Source: Spirochaetaceae bacterium
GTDB lineage: Bacteria > Spirochaetota > Spirochaetia > Treponematales > Treponemataceae
NCBI GenBank assembly: GCA_017936345.1
Contig: JAGBFT010000032.1
Location: 4,315-68,314 of the forward strand
DNA: 64,000 nt
Direction: 5' to 3'
Every line of letters begins with the position of its first letter. The stretch's first letter is position 1. The position numbers and the translations under genes were made by a program. Shown piece by piece: positions 20,161-29,500 of the stretch. The notes beneath the pieces are model-generated. The model did no database searches and was not told where the DNA came from. It saw nothing but the letters and a program-made list of their open reading frames with translations.

Positions 20161-21171
20161 TTATTTGACAGTTCTAAATTTACCATACTCTGTATTAAAC
20201 CATTCCTCATTAACCTCAAAGACATTCTCACCATTCCATTGTGTGGATCTTGAAGGTCCAAAGCCATCATGGATGTCTTTATCTGTCCATTTGCTGTAAT
20301 CCCCATAATAATTGAAAGTATTCATGTCAAGGTAATCATACAATCTTTGAATACACAAATCTTTATATTTTCTTCCTTCATAAAAATCTAATATTTCTAT
20401 GTCAACCTCACGAACACTTTCCGGTAGTGGAATTTCATGAAAATGTACTACATCCTCAATTTCTACTTCTAGGATAAAACTAGATTGTGGAGATGTTATA
20501 CGTATTCTTTTTATCCTTCGATTATCTTTATACAAGTGGCGATTTGAAGGGTCGACATAACCATTGAGAAGTAATAAGGAGTCAAATTGCCAACCTGGGC
20601 TATATTGGAAGTGCATCCCTACAGGCTCCTTACTTGTTGCCCAAGGCTTAGCATGGATATTTCTCATTTCTCCGCCTTCCCAATATCTAGCATATACATT
20701 AGAACTCATGTCATCTGTGTTATAAATAATCTTTTCCCCATTCTTATTCTCTACTAAGTAATCAGGAACCTTCAAGGGGGAATTATTTATACTGAATTCT
20801 GAATGATAGGGATGACTATCCCATTTCTTTCTCAAAGCAGTGAAATCGAGTTTTGGATCATAGAGAGTAAACATTTTGTTTTTTGAACTAAACTCAAATT
20901 CATCTGCACCAAAGATACAATAGGTTTTTTCACCAAAAATTTCTGTACTATACCAACCATCTGCATCAAGAATAAAATCCTCAATCCTTCTTTTTTCAAA
21001 TTTTGCTCCAGATCCAATTCCTTCAACAAAATAAATATCTTCATGAACTTTCGTAATAAAAACACTACCTGTATAGCCAAGTCTATCTATATAAAATTTA
21101 TCTGCTATCTTGAATGCATATAAAACGGAAAGCATCGAAAAAATAAATAATGTACATAAAAGCTTTTTCAC
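20161..21171 (-). CDS. Putative immunity protein 2, exported, with C-terminal NADase-type glycan-binding (discoidin-like) domain
   Basis: GTG start 21171 with AGGAG SD gives signal peptide MKKLLCTLFIFSMLSVLYA; PWA..LLNGY..LYKDNRRIKRI..EILDFYEGRKYKDLCI pattern; lies directly behind cassette 1. Confidence 0.65.
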   Translation of the reverse strand: MKKLLCTLFIFSMLSVLYAFKIADKFYIDRLGYTGSVFITKVHEDIYFVEGIGSGAKFEKRRIEDFILDADGWYSTEIFGEKTYCIFGADEFEFSSKNKMFTLYDPKLDFTALRKKWDSHPYHSEFSINNSPLKVPDYLVENKNGEKIIYNTDDMSSNVYARYWEGGEMRNIHAKPWATSKEPVGMHFQYSPGWQFDSLLLLNGYVDPSNRHLYKDNRRIKRIRITSPQSSFILEVEIEDVVHFHEIPLPESVREVDIEILDFYEGRKYKDLCIQRLYDYLDMNTFNYYGDYSKWTDKDIHDGFGPSRSTQWNGENVFEVNEEWFNTEYGKFRTVK

Positions 21172-21251
21172 AAATTTACTCCTAATCATTTAGTAGTTGA
21201 TCAAGACTTCTTCCTTGACCAACTACTAATTTTAAAGTCAATATTTACTAG

Positions 21252-22579
21252 CTAAAACCATTTCAACGATCCTGATATATGATGACCAGAATGTAATCCC
21301 CACTCCTTCAACTTGCTCTGCAAATCATCGAGAGTATGCTCTTGATAAATGAAACAGCCATCTGATGTCAAGTTTGTAGATGAATGCACTAACCATCTTC
21401 CACCAGGATCATTATCAAGGGCAGCTTTATTAATCCAATCTCCATCCATAGTCCAAGCGTTGTGTATTTCCATGATATTTTCAACACAATTGTCTAAACT
21501 AAGGATTCGCAAAGAATAATCTGACATAACAGTATTTCCCTGAGTCCAACCAAAACCATGTAAATAATATGGCTGATCACGATTTATTTCTGCTTTTACT
21601 TTCTTCTGTATTTCTCCATTTTCATCCTTATATTCTTCCATAATTCTTTCAACCACATTATATACGTCCACAGACTGAACATTTCCAGGAGTATATGTAT
21701 CTAACATTTCATTGTTCAAACCATACTTACGATATGTTATCTGGTCTAACTCCCTGTATTGACTCTGCAAAGACTGCGATTTTGTCTCATACGGTTCGGA
21801 GTTCGTATTAAAGACATTTGTTTGATAATCAGATTTTCCATAAGTATATCCGGATAAGCTCCTTGTATCTCTCACCAGCGATGCCGTTACCACAAACCGC
21901 TCGTGATCATAGCTACCATCCACCTTACCAAAAGAGATATATCCCATGGTATTGTTGTCAACCAACTGGAGGCCGGCCATAGTTCCACCCTTCCAACTTG
22001 TTTCTGGAGTGTAGCTAAAACCATTCTTTTTCAACAAGGCTTCCCCTGCCAATTTGGTCAACTGCAATTCCGTCACATCATCAGGTAATTTACCACTTCT
22101 TTGGATTTTGCTTGCTTCCATGTCGGTAACGCCAAGAACATCCATCAATGTCTGTTTATCATATAAATCGGCATTTCCTAAATGTGAACCTAAAAGTTCG
22201 GCAGCTCTCTCCTTTCCTAAAACTTGAACGATTGATCCTGCAGCACTCTCCGTCACATTTTCATGGAAATCTGTACCTACAAGTTCCCATTCACCATCTT
22301 GACCCTCAGCATAATATTCTATTGTCAGATCAGTAATCAATTTGCCATCGTCATCATACTCTGCCTCTAGGAAATGGCTTCCGTCACTTCGGGAAATCAG
22401 CTTCCAATAATCCGCACTTGCATCATAGTTCCCCGCCACGTAACCGGCGAAGATGGACTCGTCGCCCAAGTACTGGGAAAGCTTGTAGGCGGTGATGTCC
22501 ATGTCCAGGTTCTCCGTCATCTGGATTGCCTTACCGTCATCAAGCATCCGCAGGGCCATCTGGGTGTGGGCGGTGGTGG
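21252..22579 (-). CDS. Orphan toxin C-terminal cassette 1: shared pre-toxin repeat plus L,D-transpeptidase-fold (Tlde1-like) tip; open frame with no credible start
   Basis: Starts TTAHTQMALRMLDD...DYWKL as in the giant protein; ends WLVHSSTNLTSDGCFI; no SD or signal peptide; downstream of a terminator. Confidence 0.75.
22396..22579 (-). repeat. Pre-toxin homology repeat, copy 2 (184 bp)
   Basis: Ungapped match to 24740-24923, 16 mismatches by manual count. Confidence 0.95.
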
Positions 22580-22649
22580 AAGAATATGTTTGCTGGTCAC
22601 AAGTCTTTTGTGGCATGGTTCTATTGTACAACGTGATGGACCAGTTGTA

Positions 22650-22682
22650 AAGAAAAATCCCGCCACCTTGCGGGGTGGCGGG
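22650..22682 (-). terminator. Terminator copy A ending the pump-toxin-immunity operon
   Basis: Minus strand TCCCGCCACC-ccgcaa-GGTGGCGGGA-TTTTTCTTT, about 20 nt after the immunity-1 stop. Confidence 0.85.
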
Positions 22683-22702
22683 AGGGGGAAAAAATTTACA
22701 AA

Positions 22703-23533
22703 TTATAAATACAAATTTATCTTATCTAAATACTTACCATACATCCACCCCTCAATCATATCCCCATGAATCTTATACCAGTACCAGGTTTCGCCATCGA
22801 TTGTTTCCGGTTCTGCAGAACGTTCTCTTACCTGTACTTCTACATTCTTGTCTACAACCCCCAGAATATCTCCCTTTAAACCCGGACTATTCCTAACTCG
22901 GACACGGTAATCATTCACATAGGCATACCACCATCCCCAAGTACTTTTTAAGTCATTTTCAAGAGAATATTGTTTTCCCTCATTTTCCACAACCTCAAAT
23001 ATCCCCTGTTCTCCATCCATTTTGAATACATATTGGGGATACAAAACCTCATCGGAGGGAGCTGGACTTGTATCAGGAGCATTAACCGGATATTCATATA
23101 TCCCATCAATACGATAAGACGGAAACCCCTTTCCATAAAACTTCTGACTTTCCCTAAAACTTTCTATTGTCTCTGAGATGTATAATACGGAATTAGGGTG
23201 ATTATGTACTACAAAGTCATAACATACATATTTTCCTGGTTGATATTGTTTTTCCACCATAAAAATGGTGAAATTGCTGAATCTTAGAGGTGTTATCAGA
23301 TATTTTGGAGACTTATAACCATTCGAATCAGACACATTTCCTAAAGAGCGTGCAAATGGAGAATTATAATACGCTTCACTTCCAACATAAGAATTTATCT
23401 CTTTCAATTCTTTCGTTCCTATGGATTGCAAATCAGAGTATTTTTTGAACACAATCGAAGGAACAAACTGCTCGCAATATGGCTGAAAAAGGATGAACAG
23501 AGACAATACCAATGTTAAAAAAATAGTTTTCAT
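22703..23533 (-). CDS. Putative cognate immunity protein 1, exported, C-terminal SH3b domain
   Basis: Signal peptide; VNDYRVRVRNSPG...WYKIH...EGWMYGKYL; ATG 5 nt after the toxin stop, SD inside the toxin gene. Confidence 0.7.
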   Translation of the reverse strand: MKTIFLTLVLSLFILFQPYCEQFVPSIVFKKYSDLQSIGTKELKEINSYVGSEAYYNSPFARSLGNVSDSNGYKSPKYLITPLRFSNFTIFMVEKQYQPGKYVCYDFVVHNHPNSVLYISETIESFRESQKFYGKGFPSYRIDGIYEYPVNAPDTSPAPSDEVLYPQYVFKMDGEQGIFEVVENEGKQYSLENDLKSTWGWWYAYVNDYRVRVRNSPGLKGDILGVVDKNVEVQVRERSAEPETIDGETWYWYKIHGDMIEGWMYGKYLDKINLYL

Positions 23534-23538
23534 TCTTT

Positions 23539-26500
23539 TTATTCTCCTTTGTTATAAGAGTGAGCTGAATCACGCTTTTTATACTGGGTTATATCGGCAA
23601 AAATAAATCTGTCGTAGTAATATTTATTATCATGGAAGATATAATCATACTCATTCCCTTTATACAAATCTTTATAAGTACCATAGCTTTCACTTTCTTT
23701 GATAGGAGAATAATTTCCCATTGCCTTTGTGTAGGCAACATCTGATAAATAATTCAAGTAAGGACTTGGTCTGACAGTATAAATATCTTCATGTGAATGA
23801 TTTCCATATCCAGAATCTCCCCATTTGCCTGAATTTCCAGTTTTACCAAGAACGGTATCAAACAAAACACTTTGCCCTTCAACAACATCGACGCTGGAGA
23901 GATGTAGTGTTCTGTAAATCAACTCATCAACAATACTATTTCCTTTGAACGTATAAGTAACATCTGTCTGAACACCGACATGTCTTCCTTGATAATTTGA
24001 GTCATCTAAATCCCCCTTAGATGCATACACCACCTTTGACGTTTCATTTTGGAATAATGGCAGAGAATCAGTGTCTGCTTCAACACTTCCATCAACACCT
24101 CGATGTGGATTCACAGAAAGATTGCCCGTTGCTCCAGTAAATGTTGTAATGTCTCTATTTACGAATGTATTTCTTGTATTCAAAACTGGCATACCACCCG
24201 TAATATAGTTCTTGGCTTTAAACTCCTCATAACTGATATATCCACCATCCGCATTTTCATAGAATTCCAAACTCTCAACTGTTGCGGGATCTGTTTCCAC
24301 ACGAAGTTCCATTCTAGCAAGCCGCGACCTCATGGAATCTCCGGGTTTTTTGTCCATAGTTCCATTCGCAACCATCTTGTCGTAAATCGTGCGTGGATTT
24401 AAATTCCTTATTGTATCAGTTTGTCCAGTTGTCGAATCAACCAAAACACGTGAATTGTATATCTCTTCATATTTTGACACATCAATAACCTTTCCATAGT
24501 TCGACTCTACATTCCAATACCAATGTTCCCTGTTGGCCAAATCATCTGATTTCGTCGTATGGTCAAAACTTGCCTCAAGCAAATCCCTGACCTTTTCCAC
24601 TTCTTCTTGGGTTGCATTCCCTCCATACATAATCTCTACCAGGCTTCCTTCCAGTCCACGTGATTTTGTCTTATAGATTAGATTGCCATTCTCGTCATAG
24701 AGGTCAGCATGACCATCATAGGTAATGCTTCCGTCATCCATCAGCTTCCAGTAGTCCGCACTTGCGTCATAACTCCCCGCCACGTAACCGGCGAAGATGG
24801 CCTCATTACCCAGCCCCTGGGAAAGTTTGTAGGCGGTGATGTCCATGTCCAGGTTCTCCGTCATCTGGATTGCCTTGTCGTCATCAAGCATCCGCAGGGC
24901 CATCTGGGTGTGGGCGGTGGTGGCGGCAAGGGTTTCACTGCCCTGCTGTTCGGCAGTACCGATGATGCCGTCACGATAGGACTCGTGGCCCAAGGCAATG
25001 GCACTGTTGTAGCTGTTGCCACTATTTACCAGCTGTATCAGGCGGCCGCCGACTCCGTTGCTGGTGGTGCGGGCGGTGAATCCAGCCTGCTCAACAAGCT
25101 CCAGCTGGTCAAGGCCGCTGGCAAGGCGGGCGGAGGTGTTCTCCTGAGTCCAGTCTCCGTACACGTAGTTGTTCCAGGCTGCATCCCCCTTCTCCTGTCC
25201 ATGGGCTGCTGTGTAGGATTCCAATGATCGTTTATCCAGGGCACGCTTTCCCAGGTCGTACAGGTTGCCGCTCAGGTCAATGCCGCCGGAGCCGATGCCG
25301 GCGCTCACTCCGTCCAGTCCGATGTTCAGCATGACTCCCCTGCCATCCAGCTTGTCCATGACCTTGCCCAGGATGTTTTGACCAGTGGAGTTGTTGCGGG
25401 CAATGCCGCTTCCCACAAGGTCAGCCAAGGCTCCGAAGCTGGCCACATTCACGCTGATGCCTCCCATGGCCTCGTAGGCTCCAGCCCAGTCACCTCCATT
25501 GAAGGCAGCATGGATTCCATAGCTGGCGGCAGTGCTTGCAGCCGATGTGGCCAGACTCATGGCTCCGCCATAGAATTTGTTCGCCTCGGCTCCCATCGCT
25601 CCGAACACTCCGCTTCCATAGGTGGAAACTCCGGTACTGGCCGCTCCAGCCACCAAGGATGACCACATACTCTTGTTTCCTATGTGGCTCATGAACATTT
25701 CCCTGTTGAAGAAATCTCCGCTGCCTATCTTGTCGAAGTCCATGCTCTGCAGCGTGGTGGTGCTGAAGGTGGACAGGGCTCCGCTGACAAGGTTGAGTCC
25801 GGCGGTGGCGGTGGCTCGTCCTACGGTGCTGGTGATGTCTGATATGGCATTCCCCGCCCAGTTGGTTCCCGCACCAATGGCAACACCCGCCGCCTTGATG
25901 GCAACCTCACGGCCAATCTCCCCGGCGGTCTTGTAGCCTCCGCCCAAGTCAATACCTGCAAAGACAACATCGTCCACATACTTCAGCCAGTCTTGGCCCA
26001 GGGCCGAGCCGACAATGTTCATGGCTATTTCGCTCACCTCCCGTAGAGTGGGTGCTGTGAAGGGCAAACCACGGTCGTCGAACAGCCGCTTGTCGTGACC
26101 AGCAAGACTCAGCTCCGCCATGCCCTTCCGGGCCTGGATGCTGTTCCAGTAGTACTCCACCAGGATGGCTCCCATCTGGCCGCTGCCAAGGTCGCTGAAG
26201 GCCGCATTTTTGGAACCGTCAGGGTCGGGGGTGCCGACCAAGTCCGGAGCCTCTCCGATGTGCTCCTCCAGCCGCCCACCTGTACCCAAGATTTCCCTTC
26301 CCCACTGCTCCAGTTCTCCTTGGGCAAGAGACAGCTGCAGCATGGCCTTTTTACCAGGATTGGCATCAATTTCTCGGAGTTGGGGACTTGTAGTCGTAAA
26401 AAATTGATACATCGGAAGATATTGCGTTTCTTTTATTGGATTAAATAAGGTGGCATCAACAACTACAGTACGACGAATGCTGCCATCCACCCGATAGCCT

Positions 26501-29500
26501 GCATCCCTAGCCAAATGGTGCTGCCAGTCCACCATGGATTGGTTTTTACTGTCAATTCCTTCCATATAACTAGCCAAAACTTCTTCCAGGATTTTCTGTC
26601 CATAACTGACAGCCTGTCGTTCCGCCAGATTGGTCATTAGGGTGGTATTCTTTTCTACCTGTTGACGAGCCAGCAGATGACTTTCCAAGCTAGAAGTACT
26701 GCCACGATTTTTTCTAATTCCAGAACCTCCCTTATTTCCAAAGCCTGTTAGAATACTAGCCCGGTTAATGAGGTCATCCAGATATGAATCGGCAAGAATG
26801 GCATCTACTGCGGCTTCAGTTTCTTCAGAGCTTATGGAACTTTCCATAGCCCTACCAAGGTATTTGATTTCCTCTTCAATACCCTCTAAATTCACTGGAA
26901 AAACAGTCTCACTAGCTTTTACCAACCCTTGTTGAATGGCGACTTTGTGACTGTTTTGAATCCACTCTTCCTTACTTTTGAGAAAATTTAAATGATTGTC
27001 TTGCCATTCGGCCTGCCTGTCCTCCAGCTCCTGCTGGAATTGCCGTCGCCACAGGCTGTACCTTTTATTCAAACTCTCCTCCACCCGTTGCCAGCTATCC
27101 TTGCCAGCTGCCAAGGTTTCCATAATCTCCCCTTCCCACAGGCTTTGGCGACGAAGCAACAGGTCCCGCTCCAGCTGCCATTGATGGCCTGACTGGTCAA
27201 CCATTCGCTCCGCTGAGTCTTGCCAGCCTGCAAGTCCTTGGCTTATGAGCAGGTCTTGTAGCCAGAGGGTATAATCCTCTGTTTTCTTTCGTATATCTAC
27301 TCTTGAATTATACAGCGACATTGCAGCATTGTAAATATTTTTTTTATGGATGAGATTGTTCCAGCCATTGGCTCCGTAGGCACGTTCGGCCAGTCTCGCA
27401 AGCTGGTTCTGTGTCTCGCCGTCCATACCGTCCAGGGACTGGTAGAGTTTTTCAAAATCCTCCATGGCAGCCTGACGTTGACTTGTAGAAAGACTTTCAT
27501 CGGTTGCCATAAATTCCAGTTGGGCAAGACGTTGCTCATCCTCTTCTGTAATAATGATACTCTTTTCAATGATTTGGTGGAAATTCATCATGGCAATCGA
27601 GGATGCCTCTTCCATGTTTAATGCCTGAAAGGCAAGCTTTTCCTCCTCTTCCTGCAGGCCAACCTTTAAGGTATTTAAAACCTCCTGCAGTGCGTCTGTT
27701 ATCTTCAATGGAGCTTCTGGGGAGACAACCATCTGGCTTATGGTGGAATCCAACAGTTGGGGAGACAGAAGGTCCTGGTATTCTTTCTTGTTTACGAGGG
27801 AATTATTTGCAAAAATCTTATCCAGGACAGTTAAAATTGACCGGGAACTAAGATTTGGTTTTCCATCGGAGGATGTAGCGGAGGCTTGTCCATCCTCTGT
27901 TGTCCCGGTTCCATAGTAGAGCTCATTCAAGATTCGCCATTGCTCCTCAAGATTTCTTTCTCCTGCAATGAGTCCACTCAACAGCTCGTTCACACGATTG
28001 GTTTCGGTTTCAACATTTTCCTTGCTGCCCCTCATCAAATCATAAATTCCATCTACAGCTGCCCCCAGGCTGATGGCAGCATCTGTGGCAACTATACCTA
28101 CTGCTGTGGCGGCAGCAGCTGCCGCCCATAACCATGGCTGAAAACAGGCGGCTGCGGCAGCCAATGCCGCAGCGGAGGCATAGGCTATGACAGCCTCAAT
28201 TATCTTTTCCTGCTGTTTGTCATACAACTCGTCCTTTACTCCGTCAAGGGCAAGCCACTTTACCAAGTCCCTTTCTTTTTGACGCCAATTGTTTTCATTC
28301 AAGAGATTTGTTTCCCTATATAAAATATAACGGGCAAGGTCATTTTCTCCGCCAGACCTTGATAAAATATAATTGTAGGCATTGGCCACTACATCACGCC
28401 TTTCGCCATTGTATCGTTGCTTTGTATCTATAGAGTGAAATTTTCTGACCTCGGGTACTTGGTCCGCCTGAAAGTCACCTGCGTTCCGAATATCAGACTG
28501 ACCATCCAAAAAATCCATTCCATTGGGAGCATAGGTTTTTAGATGAAGACTTGCCAGGAGCAGATTGTTGATATAATCATCTCCCTTGGCATAGATATCC
28601 TTGAGCCATTGACGCACATCCACTTCCGCCCTTGTTTGCTGGACGGGACCATCGACACGAACAAGGGTCTCACTGGAATTTGTAAGATATTCAGCCAGCA
28701 AATTCCTATCCAAATCACCTGTCCCTGTTTTTTTTGATGTTACGTACTCGTAATACTCTGCTGATGAACCACTGAACCTTGTCCTTTGAAGAACAGTTTC
28801 ATAGCCAAGGGTAAATACATAATCTCCTGCTCCCGTTTTTTTGATTCGAATCAATTCCAAGGCTACAGTATTCATACCCTCTGTTCCTGGGTCAGTCTTG
28901 TTTTCCATCAGTGACTCATAATCCCTGAACAGCTTTGAAACATTCATCTCATCCTTGATTTCCGCATCACGGGTTATTTCTTCCTGCTTTACAACCGCAT
29001 CAAATACTTGAGATAATATCACCTCCATAAGATAGGCATTTTCCAAGGATTTACTGTAAACATCTACCTGATCAAGATATTCTGAACCTTGCATCTGCTG
29101 GTGATTTTTCATTTGACTGAGAATATCCAGGGCATTTTGATAACGGTTTACAACCAACAATACATCGTTGTACCGCCTAAGGGGACTAGCATATTGTAAA
29201 TTATCCTGTGAATTTTCCTGTAAACTGGAGTTACCCACACTTTCAAGATAAATTCTCGTTGCCCACTGGTATTTTTCTTGGGCAATCCGATGCTGCAACC
29301 TTGACTGAACAAAGGCCTGATGCATAACTTCTTCTTTCTCAACACTTTGTTGATACATTTCCATTTTTTCTTGAATTTGAGCATGAGCCTTTTTATAGCT
29401 TTCCAGTATTTTTTGACTTTCTTGTTCCTCGATTAATACTTGTTCTTCAAAATTAATCTTTTCATTCAACAGGTTTTGCAATTCAGAATTCATCATCATG

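Noticed and set aside
20156-20306. ORF-track start of the 342-aa ORF (MGITANG...)
   Set aside because: Overlaps the immunity-2 gene in another frame; homology to the giant protein starts only at 20155, so this is a start-less cassette
22580-22631. N-terminus MYNRTMPQK of the 459-aa ORF
   Set aside because: No SD or signal peptide, lies just behind a terminator, and is not homologous to the giant protein; probably a chance open extension
18857-22700. Integron cassette array (hairpins as attC sites)
   Set aside because: Hairpins lack RYYYAAC/GTTRRRY ends, have terminator U tracts, and no integrase is present
19909-24977. Repeats as a diversity-generating retroelement TR/VR pair
   Set aside because: Mismatches are not restricted to adenines and there is no reverse transcriptase in the window
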